Positions 11,913 through 24,600 of a stretch of 64,000 nucleotides of DNA are shown here, piece after piece. The number at the start of each line of letters is the position of its first letter. Within the stretch, counting starts at the first letter, position 1. This DNA comes from Tubiluchus corallicola (lineage: Eukaryota > Animalia > Priapulida), in contig JAQGDQ010000078.1 of NCBI GenBank assembly GCA_030141605.1, positions 620,001 to 684,000 on the forward strand, written 5' to 3'. Made by a program: the position numbers and the translations under genes. The notes beneath the pieces are model-generated. The model was not told the origin of the DNA, did no database searches, and was given only the letters and a program-made list of their open reading frames with translations.

Positions 11913-14200
11913 CTAAATATCCAGCACGACACCTCTTCTTTTTCTTATTTCCATTGCTATTTCAACATATTCCAACAACTGCTTTGCTATTTGTGGATCT
12001 TCTGACTCAATCAGATTTTGGAAATCCACTTCTGTAGTTGGTAGCACATTTCTTATCACCGTACATTTGAATAGATGCTCTGTCGTATCTTCTTCTTTAC
12101 CACATAGTGGGCACCATAGATCTCCTTTAAACTTACTTCTATAATTACATTTTAGTGGTAGCATATTAAGCTTTATCTCTAAAACCCTTTTTGTCGTTCT
12201 GGTGTTAACCCAGTTATATACTGCTTGCGTTTATCATGCTCATAAGTTAAGAACCTTAACTTAGTTTTTGAATATATATGGTGATGTGCACTAACTTTAA
12301 TAAATTTTCTTATCTTTTCTTTTACATGCTTCTTCCAGACTGACTTTTTAAGAGTCTTTATATGCCCTAATTGTATACCTATATCATATTTCTCACTAAG
12401 ACCTCTGACTTCTTCTGTCCAACTTCCTTCTATTTCTTTGCTCCACATACTTTCCATCATCTTTCGTGCATCTCTTGACTCACTCGAATTTACTAGATTA
12501 TCTAAAAGCATCAGTCTCTTGTAGTCTATTCTTTGCTCAATCGGCCACACACCTACTTCTATTAGCATACCCCAATAGCTAGTTGACACCTTCTGTGATA
12601 ATAGTTTTTGTAACATATCCTTCTAAATTTTTTCCATCATGCATATTTCTACTTTTGTTACTCCACTCCATGTTTCTGTATTATAAATCACTCCGGGTGT
12701 CATTGTTGACTTTAAGAGACTCAGCCTTTTCTGCATTGCAAATCTACCAACTTTGTTTATATCACTCCAATTTGAGACATCCCTCACCATACATCCCACT
12801 TTTTCTTCTCTTTTATGAATATTTACATTTTTTCCCATTCTCTTGTATATAATCCCCTAGATATTTATACCATGTGGTTTCATCAATCTGTTCTTTTTTA
12901 ACTTTTACTCCGGTATTATATTGAGTAGTTTGGCTTCTTTTTTTGTTTCCTGTTCTTAGTATATGTGATTTTTTGTGCTAAGAGTCATTTTTGTTCTTTC
13001 AAAAAACCCACAATTATGCACCACATTATGTATTTGCTCATCATTTCCCATACCTGCAATGTCATCTACATATACTCTTGCATTTATTCTTAAGTTAGGT
13101 CCTACTGCAACATTTAGACTCTGTTAGTTATTACACTGCACATTCTAGGATCCCACACTGTTCCTTGACACACTATTTCACCAAGTTCTAACCAGTCCGT
13201 TTCTCCCACAGGTGTTTCTATTACTGCCCAACCCTTCTTATTCATTTCATAAATTTGACGAATTGCTTCTGGTGTCATACCTTTCATTTACATTTCAATC
13301 AAGCAATCTCTTAGCCACAGTTTATCGAAACATTTCTCTGCACCAAGGAAAACTATTTTAGCTCTCTGCCTACCCATTTGTAATATTCCATTATTCAGTA
13401 AATTGTAAAAATATGATCAGAAGTTCCTCTTTTTCGCCTCCCACTGCACTGACTTTCTGTAGTCACATTTTATAAAAGTTCTTCATTTCTTTTCAATAAT
13501 ATCCTTTCGAATCATTTCATCAGCGTATTTGTTAAAAAATCCTCTTCTGTTGGTGATATCATGTCTGTTAACTCCCCTTTTTTTTAATGATTTTATTTTC
13601 ATTTGCTTCCACTGATCAAGAATTTCAAATTCTCTAACTTGGTTCAACATTCTTACTATGCTTTCTTTTAAAACTTTGCCTGCATATATTATCATTTCAT
13701 TGGTCCAACCCTGAAGGTCACCCGCCTTACGTTTTTTTAAATCTCTTATTACTTCATCCACCTCTTCTACATTTATTTCCCTTATTTTTCTCCTTTTACC
13801 TATCTCTATAATTTGGTTGAAAATTTTATTGACTTTTTCTTCTACTTCAAGTTCTGCTTCCTCTATTGCGAGTAGTTCTTCATAATATTTCATATACTTC
13901 TCTTTAATTTTTTCACTGTCACTGATCACCCTGCCATCATTTTCTTTAATCACACAGCTTTCCTCTTTTTTACTACCCATCATTCTTCTTTTCAAATCCC
14001 AGAAAAGCTTAGATGTTCCTTGCACACACAAGCATTCTACTGCTTTTTTTAGTCTCCTAGCTTGATCATTTTTCTCTTTGTCTATAATATGTTCAGTCAC
14101 TAACTTTATTCTTTCTGCCAATTTGCATTTCTGAGATTCACTGATGTCTTGACAATTTTGTGTTTGTTTTAATTTCAAGTCTTTTCTAACTCTTGTTAAA
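11913..14200 (-). mobile_element. 5'-truncated, frameshifted non-LTR retrotransposon (LINE) ORF2: RT domain plus C-terminal CCHC
   Basis: Pieces read LKKRKAGDLQGWTNEMI, TNRRG, IVFLGAEKCFDKLWLRDC, GEIVCQGTV, VYVDDIAG (RT catalytic motif near 13055-13075), YKYLGD, CPLCGKEEDTTEHLFKC. Multiple stops and frameshifts. Clade not assigned. Confidence 0.92.
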
Positions 14201-14320
14201 ATTCATATTGTAATTATTTCAAAACACTGAATTGCATTGATCAATATCACAATACTTGCTACCATTTGGAAGGTACATGCTGTTAAAGAAATTTAATTTA
14301 AAGGCATTACAATTATATTA

Positions 14321-14467
14321 TATCATATCATATCATATCATATCATATCATATCATATCATATCATATCATATCATATCATATCATATCATATCATATCA
14401 TATCATATCATATCATATCATATCATATCATATCATATCATATCATATCATATCATATCATATCATA
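14321..14467. repeat. (TATCA)n microsatellite
   Basis: About 29 perfect pentamer units. Confidence 0.97.
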
Positions 14468-14934
14468 TTATATAATATTATGCTGGTGCCTGGTGGCCAA
14501 AAAATCTTCATCAGTGCGAATCTTATTGAAAGGAAATACGTGTGCTAAGCAGTTATGGCAGCACCAGGAATCACTATCAATAGACAATTATTTTGGTAAA
14601 AGCAGAGATTGTTAGGCCAGAACATTTAAGATGAATACATGACTCATAACAGTGACAATAATTATATTATACTGATTAGACTTGACACATATAAAGCAAG
14701 TTATATGCAGAACAAGGAGAACGAAGACGGTCATAATTGTGAGGAGAGTAAAGGAAGCAAATAATAGCAACAATAACAAACAACAACGATAACAAATCAC
14801 ATGATAATGTACTAAGGAAAAGGATTAACACAGACTAGATCACGGACAGAGGGAGAGTACAAGGCTATAATTGTTATGTTTGTGAGGTAATATTTCTATA
14901 TTAACTATTTTGTTGTTTGCTGAAATATTTATTT

Positions 14935-15045
14935 TTTATGTTTGATGTATTTGGATGATTAGTTATTTTGGCCAGAAATAATCACAAATTTTATGTTTAA
15001 TGTATTTGGACGATTAGTACTTTGACCAGAAATAATCACAAATTT
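14935..15045. repeat. Two-copy tandem duplication (~53 bp)
   Basis: TTTTATGTTTRATGTATTTGGAYGATTAGT...CCAGAAATAATCACAAAT occurs twice. Confidence 0.8.
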
Positions 15046-17241
15046 GCATTTGCATGACAATTTTTTCGCTTTCTCTTGTTTAGCTTTCATGTGTTCACCT
15101 TTTTTGCTGAACTGCTAAATTGTTGCTACTTTTTAAGATGTGCAATAGTCGATTTGTTGTAACATGTTTATAACAAATCATAACTATTGCTTGGAATCAT
15201 TGTGAAAATGGTAATTAAGTTATTAAATTATTTTTGGACAATTTGCTACTCTGTAAGTATACCAATCATTTTGTGTTCTCCCTGTCCTACTTCAGCTGCA
15301 GCATAATTTTTTATTCTTCTCGCTGTTCACATACATCTTATCTGAATTCATAAATGCTCATATACTCTGTGTATTATACCACTCATGTAATGTTTTATTT
15401 GTTGAGTTTGTTATATCATCAGTGTGGCCATTCCAGTGAAGCTCATGACATAGTATTAGACATGCAGACAGGGATGGTTATCTGCCGGATGAAGTTGGTA
15501 TAATTACATTAAATATCATTGTGCGTAGTTGTATACAGTGATGGAGACTTGTATCTTGAAAATTTTTTTATAAACACCGAAGTGCTCTTAAGATGTAGAT
15601 TCTACTTGAGGCCTAGCCGCAGAGCTGAACTCAGACAGGGGAATCCGTAACAACTGTCATGATTATGAGTAAGCCAACACATTCGTAGAAACCCCAAATT
15701 CTGAAACGTTTTCAGAATTTTTTAAGCAAAATGCTTTCTTCTCTGGCTAGTTTGTGTATACCTCAATGAGATCTTCACAGTCAAAATTAATTCAAATATG
15801 GTTAAAACCTATATTGTACATCAATGTCATGTTACTTAATTTTACGCTATTTTTCTGGTTATAATCATATTTAAAAGATGCCATTGGGATTTATGTAACT
15901 TGGGCAGTCAATGTAGTTATCGCTCTTTTATTTTAAAGCAAGGCTAACCGGCTAAGCTTCTTTATTATCCTTACGTCTCCGTATTTTGTGGTGCTTTGAA
16001 ACTTCGTCTCTACATTCTCTTTAAATTGAAAAGTCATTTTTTGGCTACTTGAAGTGTTAATTTCGTGTAAATATGGCTGATGTCCTGCAAATTTGTGTTC
16101 ATGAAAAAGTGCAATCAGTTTATCTGCTTAGTAGACATTAGCTGTCACATTCATGTTGTTTAGTTTAGTTTAGACAGTTGTTGTCCAGCATGAGCTGTTG
16201 TCCCGAATCCCACTGAGCGTGCTTACATCACAGCAGAGGCAGAGTGATAGACCAATATGTTAGACGTCAATTACCGAGTCACAACAATACTGTGAGAGAT
16301 CCATAGTACGGGACGAGTCGCCATGAAATGCTAAACATCGCAAACTATATTTGGCAGGCTGCAATCTACGGTATTACAAGAAATGTCAAACTATGTGATA
16401 AGTTAAACTCCACACACTTTATATATCTCTCCAACTATGAAACACGACGAGTTGCTCACACGTCCATTGTGTGATGTATACATGTATACCTCCAATCTCA
16501 GGATGCTAACAAACTTCATAATATAATGACATGGCTAAGGTGGAGGTTGAGCATCCCGGGTGATACTTTTTAGAGAGTGGCACTTTTTAGAGATCAAATA
16601 ATGCACTAAAGAGTTGATTTTTAGTTGATACACAGAACAGTAGAAAGGCCATACCTGACACTTTAATTTTCCATGAAAACACAGTTTACGTACAGTGCTT
16701 TACTGCTGCTTGGAATAAAGGAAAATGGTAATTAGTAATTTAATGTCGTCGTAGTATTTGCAACATGATTACATGATTTGTCTTTGCTTTCAAAGTTTTT
16801 GCACAGTACAAACTTTCACTTTTCAGTTAGCTGCAAAATTATAATCATGCTCTTTTGTGCATTAACAGTTGAAGAACCCTTTAAGCATCTTGAAACAGGT
16901 AGAGTAAATTTATTTCTTTATAAATTTTCACTAATTTATCAGCCTATCTCTGCAACTTATCGCAACTGAGAGGAACCACTACTAAATTTTATTAATCTAA
17001 AATCTTCCCACACGGATTTTCAACTCTGCCCTGACCGGGAAGAGGATTTCAAACTCAAATGTCACCTTGGGCACCTGGAAGATTGGACACAGTCTGCAAT
17101 CTTGAAAAATATGATGCAAAACTCAAAAAGATTTGTGTCAAATTCAATATTTCTAACTCATTTTGTAGATGTCTGCCCATTCACTTAATGTGTGTTGAAT
17201 ACCGATCAATGGTATGTCTTGGATCATCTAACTTAGCTCAC

Positions 17242-17408
17242 CTAGCTTGCTCCAATGCGATCTACTGGGCTGAAGTTCAATGAATGTCCAGGTCAGTTCA
17301 GTCATGCCTCTAAAGATTAGGGGTGAGCATCGAAAGTTCGAGTTAAGTGTCGCGACAGTCGTAGATAAATGTCAACCAACCAAAGTATCTGAATAAATGA
17401 ACGCTTAG
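17242..17408. promoter_or_regulatory. Putative bidirectional promoter and non-coding first exons of HMBS (-) and GPS2 (+)
   Basis: Minus-strand donor AG|GTGAG at 17242/17241 and plus-strand donor AG|GTAAGA at 17408/17409 face away from each other. A CpG-containing palindrome TGTCGCGACA lies at 17348-17357. Both genes have an acceptor just upstream of their ATG. Confidence 0.45.
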
Positions 17409-18576
17409 GTAAGATTTCTTGTATTGGGTTATGTGGCATAATGCCAGAAAACTAGCGAGCTTACAGTAGAAAATTGATTTTGTTTTTCGTTGTTTAATCA
17501 ATTCAGAATTTTCGAATTAAAGTACGTGCAGAGTTTTTTATATGGTGAAATTTTCTTTCTATTATGGCCAGGATCCATCAAGCTGATGAAATTTTGTATT
17601 TTTAAGTGTATTTTTGGGGCTGTCGTAAGTCTAGTGTATTACTAGAGCGACTCATTAAGCGCACTTACTATTGTATAGTTTTTAAACAGATTCGTAAGTG
17701 CAACCTTACAATATACACTTAAGTGTTCTACATGAATAGCGTTATTTTCGTGTAATTAAGATTACACATGTGGGCGTAGGCGTGACCACAAAACTTCATG
17801 GAGTTTGTTCATTTATTTCAATATTTGCTCAGTTTGTTCATAAATTCAGTATATCCACGCTTAACAATGCTAATGCATTTTAGCAAAAGGCTACGTTAAT
17901 CGAAACGGATAAAATGTTCCAGAAGGAAAAATCGGTAGTGCTTGGCTATGTAAAAGTGTTCACTTGCTTACAGCCGAAGAATCACTGAAATCAATTACTT
18001 TGCAGGACAAAAATCAATAAAGTGGCATTACTAAGTGTAAAATTAAGTTTATTAAAACACAGTAAAATGTTGCTAGAAAATTAATCATTATCATGACCAT
18101 TCTTTTTTGAAATTACTGCTTTTTCCAAAAAAACTGACGACTACTGCAACCAGCATGCTTCAGACAATGATGAAATCAAGGTTTATTTAGTTCCCAGCGG
18201 TTAGCAGTAAATATTTTAAATGTTTTCAGTCCACATTTATTTCCATGTGTCATTTTGTCTCGCATTAAAGGTATAGTATAATTGCGGATTATCATATAGT
18301 CCCTTTTTTATGGTATGAAGTCTTAAATTATTGTATTGTCAAATCAGCAACCCTGCCTGGCTCATAAATTAAACACTTTATGCTGTTGATTACAGTTCTA
18401 TATTACCTATTTGTTTAAAATTAAAAGCTAATAATTTTCAAAAAAATATAAAATATTACACTTTTTGCAGACCAGTGGGTGGGTGATAGCATGGATATTT
18501 TCACATTTCGTGCTGTGTTTTTTCAATACTGTACTCGTATTAATTTTTTGATTTTGTTTTAGTACACTATAGCAAA

Positions 18577-18670
18577 ATGCCTGCATTAATTGAAAGGCCG
18601 AAAATGACAAGAGCTATGTATGATGCTTTAAAGACTCATATCATACATCAGCGGCAAAAAAAGAAACAAG
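18577..18670 (+). CDS. GPS2: GPS2 coding exon 1
   Basis: MPALIERPKMTRAMYDALKTHIIHQRQKKKQ; donor gtaagc. Confidence 0.93.
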
Positions 18671-21600
18671 GTAAGCCGTGATAGCTGACCACAAAGGCAG
18701 AAACTTTGGGTTCGAATCCCAGCTGAGGTCAAAATTTCTCAAACTTTCTAATTTAGTATTGCTTTTGTGCATTCATAGAATATAGAATGTTATTTGTTTT
18801 TACTAAGTATAATCCTATACTATTCATTGGCATACAATATAGAACAAATTTCTGAAAAATTGTGTGAAGATGCAAGCAAGACACCTACCTATGAGGTGAA
18901 AATAGTTCAAAATTCAGTGTAGTAAATTATTATGATGTGATATGTGTGCAAATTTCTCATTAGTTTAACAATACTTTTTGTTTTTTGAAGATTGCTTTCA
19001 ATTTCATTTGTTGGTCCGGAGTTTTATCCTGGTTTTTGCATTTTTAGAGCAAGAAGCCGATGCGGCAAATCAGAGGCTGCGTAAAGAAAAGGAACTACAA
19101 GTGAAGCAAGAGAAAATGACTATTGAACAAACAAAAGAACAGGTGAACATTATTATTAGTGTAGGTAGAGATTACAAAATTAATTGCAAGTTTGATAGTT
19201 AATTTAGATTTTAGTTAACTAAATAAACATTATATTTCAGTAACTTTGCTTTATTTTGTCTTTAATTTGAACATTTGCCTTTCTTCCATAAATTTCATTA
19301 AATGTTTTTCCTAAGTTTAGAATGGAATGTCCACAGCTAAGTTGGATTTTGTAACTGAATTTTAATTTTACGCTATGTAAATTTTATCTCTTTTATTAAC
19401 TTTTTTAAAATTAATTTTTGTAAAATTTTTTTATCTTTAGTCATTTTGTTTAACACTATTGCCTACAACAGTCTTTGACTGGTTATACATATAATATTTT
19501 CATGTATTTTATCATACCTATAAATGTATATAACTTATGCAGTAAAGATTTTATATGTACATGCGTGCACGTATACATATACATATACAGTAGGCGCCAC
19601 TTAATAGACTCACTTTGGGACCGACGTGCTTTGACCCAGTTAACCGATGGGTGTAGTGTTACAGGTATAGAAGTGCGAGTTATCAGCTTACTATGCACTG
19701 CAATGGTTTTTAATGAATTTTAGAAACAAACTAATCCCTAAATTCCTTTGTGGTTAAAAATTATAAAAAATATCTTCTAAGTCTGTTTATTTGCAAAAAT
19801 TACAAAAATTCCTTCAAGGTCGACTGCTTCATTTTCTCATGAAGAAGTTGGCCCATAATGTTCTCGTAATTATAAAAATGTTGAAAATCTGTTGTTGTGC
19901 GTGACTAAAACAGTTCTGAATCGTCTGCTCACTTACATTGCTCTTATTTGATGTACGATGTTTAATCTTGTAAGTCACAAGGAATACCAGCTGACTACTG
20001 TACCTGCATCTTTGACTGTTAACTGATTAAGTGTGAAAGCGTAATTTGCAATGTGAGCGTCAAAAGGAAATCGATTGGCAAGTGATTATATGTTTAGCTT
20101 CCAGAAATTATTTGGGTAATAGCGGGGGAGCGGGTAACAGATTCAAAGCAAAACCGCTAGTGTATTAGCACATGATAAATGTACCTGTTTACAAACAAAA
20201 CGGTACTTAACATAATTGTTTCTGCATACATAGTGCACAAAAGGGAAGGAAAGATGACATAAAAGTAGGAAAAGTTCTTTGGGCACATACAAATATCTTA
20301 TTTTAAGTACGTGAAGGAAAAATATTGAGTCAATTATGCGGAGTTATTTGAGTCAATTACCGATAGTTTTTATGTATATTTGAATAGAAGCGGCCCGTTC
20401 CAGGCATTTTTGAGTCAATTAAGCGATTGAGTCTATTAACCGTGAGTCTATTAAGTGGCGCCTACTGTATATACATATATATCATTTAATTGTTAAAAAA
20501 ATTATTCAAAGTGTGATGTGCATTAAATTGTCAGCTTCTAAGTTTCAGAGCTTTTTATTTATGTAGGAAAGACTTGACAATAATTGTTTCAGCATGAGCG
20601 CTATCTGTTTAAAAAACATTCAGTGTCACCTAGTTTTTTATAAGATGTAGTAAATGGTAATTTAATGCTTACCTATTTAAAAAAGTATTTGTTGCTTTTT
20701 TGTTTTTGAACATGTGTAATTGTCTCTGTTTAATCTTGTACAGCTGGCCGAACTTGATAAGAAACTAGAGACATTAAAACACGAAAAACATGAACTGTTT
20801 CTGCAGTTGAAAAAAGTTTTGCATGAAGAAGGCAATCGTCGTAAAGCTATGGCTCCTGAAAAAAGGTATGTTTTAAAATGTAAAAAAGTATTGTACCATT
20901 TAAGTTGGTTGTACAGTTAGAGCACCATATCTCTAACTGTAATTCTAAGTTGGATTAAGAATACAAGTTTAGAATCTTTCAATTTTTGTCCATTTATGAA
21001 TTGAAAGATTTAACTAAGCTGAACTTGAGTTTTTTTTGGTTTCCTATATTAATTCTGTCAGATTAATTCTACCTGTATTTGCAGTGAAATTATCCCAAAC
21101 CCATACCACATGTCTGGACAAGTACCAGGACCACAGCATATTTTCTTGCAAGGTAACTTCTTAACCTCTACATGAAATTTTACTAAAACTGATGCTGATA
21201 ATGGCGGTGACTGATAGTAGCAGCGAGTGGCACAGTAGCGAGTGCGGAAATGATTATAGTGATTCTGATCTTCAGGGTGATGTTGACATAATGTTTTGGT
21301 GTTTTTGACAGGTATATTTTTTATACAATAGTAAGAGTGATTGTGGATTGAAGTGCACTAGTTTATATGTATTAGTGTTGTGTGTAAGTGTTTACTAATG
21401 TAATATGTTGTGAAAAAAAGGCAGATGTTCTCATCTCATTGTGCTTTTCCTTTAGTATATTGGTAAAGTAACCATACATCCGTTGCATCGGCAGTTACAT
21501 CTAATTGGAATGACATTCATTATCAATTTTAACACCGTGGAAGTGCTGGAAGAACTTGATAATATTATTTAGTGATGGGACATTTTGTTCTTGTAATTCG

Positions 21601-24600
21601 ATAGCATTATTAATTTTTGTGACAATTTTTTAGTGTTTTTGGCCAGGTATTTGTTAATAGCTGTAGTGAAATATAGCTTATAAACTTCTAGGCAGCTTTC
21701 ATCGCTGTCTGCTATTTTCGTACTCTAGTTTTATTGACAAGCACAGCTTTTTCGTTAACTACTCCATGACTACGTCAGTACACACATCAAATGTCAATGA
21801 ATTTGAAGCCCACAGTTAACAACATGGTGATTTGCAATTGTGTGCATTGTTGCATAACGCGACAAAAATTAAGGAAAAAACACAAAGGTTCCAATTACTC
21901 ATACTAAGCATTAATTGCCTTCAAAACACTGCTTTGTAGTTATTGTATAACACATATAATTTGAACTCGATTAACCTGGATTAACTAAATTACTGTTCAT
22001 TCGCCAATTATATTGATTTATACCTGGTTATAATCTGAATTAATTCGATTGATCGCTCATCATTAATATTATTTCAATTTTGTGTTAATATTTTTTCTCT
22101 AGGAGCACACCCAGCAATGCAACAACAACGGGCTGCCAGTATATATAAGCAACCACCACAGCAGAGTATGATGTCTGTAAGTTGGAAGATTTTTTAACAG
22201 CTTGCTAAAACTGTATTTACCCTCATAAGATTGAGTGTTATAATTTCATTTATCATAACTACTATGTTTCTACCACTTTTCAGAGAGGTAAAAAGTAGCA
22301 CTATGTTTGTTGCATCTAAAAGGGTGATAAAGTGAATTACTATTAAAATTTGCTACTTATATTGTTGATTAGTTTAACTTGTATAGTTACTTAGTTTGGA
22401 CCGCTCTTCATTTTTTATTATTTTATGCCAATCTTTAGTCTTGTACGATGGACCAAATGTCTATGGATGGCTGTAGTTATGAACAGTGAAAGTATTTTGA
22501 ATCTTTGTTAATGTTTTATATTATTAATTATATTAAGACTTTTCATAGGCTTAGTAATTCATTTCTGTTCTTTATTATATTTTCAATATTGCTGACAAGT
22601 TTTGATTAGCATACTCACATTGCTATGCTGTTTTATGTAAGCTTTGCTTTGTTGTAAATTTGTATATTTTGTTTCTAATTAGGGACACGGAAAACGTCCT
22701 CGCAGTCCGTCACCAACACCTGCTACCGGTTACCAATCAGGATCATATAAAGCACAGACAACGAAACCGTTTCAAGGTCCAAGTTCCAACTTTCCTGACA
22801 GTAAAACTACATATTCTTCACCACAGAGTAAGTTTGACATTATAGAGAGAGATAAATTATAATATACATTTGTGAGGCTGCAGCATAGTGTTTAATTAAT
22901 TTAAAAAGTCGACTTTCAGCTTACTCTCATACAAAAGTGAATTTTTAAGCTCTGCCCTAGTACTATGATCTCCTTCATTTCTGAGCACTGCATATAAGAC
23001 TTATAAAGAAGCAAAGATTGTATAACAATGTTGATAAAAAAGAATCTATGTTTTTGCACCAAAATTAACGTTTTAAACATGGCAATAATTCGTTGAGTAA
23101 AAGTTTATAGCATTTAATTTTTGCTTTAATATCTATATTTTATAGTTTATAGTCTTATATTTTAGAGTGTTTGCTGGTGAACCTGATACATTTTCAAATT
23201 GCCAGAGATCTACTCCTGCTACAGAATATCATAATTACTAATTACAACTATACAGTTGTTAATTCACTAAAAAAGTCAAAGCATTTTGCTCTTCACATGT
23301 AAAAACTGACAGCCATCAAACGGTATTTTTAGAAGTATATTGTAAAATAACATAAATTATAACTTATAACAATTTTTATAATAAAAAGTGGATAGATACA
23401 ATTTCCCACTTTGAAAGTGTGTTGGAAAATTAAATACATTTAAACCTCTTTATGCCATTACTTTGTGACTGCAAAAACGTTGCCTTTGTAGTGAGTTTAG
23501 CATTATAACGAGCTGCATACATGCAAGTGTAGATATTTTGTTTTGCTAAAAATTTGATGATGGCATTTTAAAAGGAGGGCATTATAACGAGGTTTGACTG
23601 TAGGTTTGATTGTACTAATTTTGTTGTGCAAAATTGCCTACATTTTATTTTTGCAGAGCATGAGTCAAGATACCCACCTGCAGGACAACCAAGCTCGCAA
23701 GGTTATCCAAGTACTGCTAGCAGTGGACAGTACCCTGGTGGACACCCAAAATTTACGGCAAATCAGCCACCATTTCCTTATACCGGTCATTATGGTCAGC
23801 AAGGAAAGCTTCCGGAACATGTTTCTGGACAGCAAGGTTATCCTGTTCCGCACATGCAGCAGCAAGGTACTAAAAGCTGAGAAGTGATTCATGTTTTTGA
23901 TAAAGGCTATACTAACTGTTGCATAATGTATATGCAATTTGGTATGTCCAGGGCTGGTTTATTTCCTAAATTAAGCTTCGTGCTATAAAAGAGCCCAACA
24001 GTTCGCATTTACTAGATGAACGAGACAGTTACTTTCTTTCAGTTATAAATAATCAAAGCAACACACCAGATTTGAGTCTGGCAATGTAACACATACACTA
24101 GTGAAGTTGTATGATAAAATTACTAATTTATAGTGATGACTTAGAAGCATGCAAGGCAATTGTGATGTTAATAACCATTATGCATAATTCTTAGGCTTTC
24201 AGAGAGATGTTCATAAATCTGAGAGCAAAAACAAACTTATTCTCTGTTATTAAGAGAAGCCTTCCAAACTGTCAGTATGAAAATATTTGCAGCCCTTCCC
24301 ATATCACCTAATTGCAAGAATATTGATGGACTTTCTGCACTTCCGAATTAAACTGTGCATTTTCTGGAACTTGCCCTAGACAATTTAGAAGGGATTTGAA
24401 ATTGTTGGTAAAAATGTTTAGTTGTAATAAGTTAGTCTAGAGAATAATATAAGTTCTTACAAAAGTTAACTTTGTATATTGGCTTGGGGAATTGAACCTT
24501 CCTGTGCTTGTTGTTGTGGTTACAAGGAAATGTGTTCAATTAAATATTGAGGCACCACATGCATAGGTGTGCTAATCAGAACGAATTAATTTTCCGTGTC

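Noticed and set aside
13500-13530. Minus-strand CTGATGA...GAAA hammerhead-like core
   Set aside because: It lies within LINE coding sequence and stems I-III do not form.
17242-17305. Minus-strand ATG at 17305 as an N-terminal extension of HMBS
   Set aside because: After splicing to 9818 it is 101 nt from the HMBS ATG, so it is out of frame.
18680-18740. Functional tRNA gene
   Set aside because: Only a B-box-like T-arm is present, with no acceptor, D or anticodon stems.
23594-23937. Overlapping ORFs 23594..23887 (+) and 23665..23937 (-) as separate genes
   Set aside because: They are alternative frames over GPS2 exon 7; only the 23626 frame fits the splice phases.
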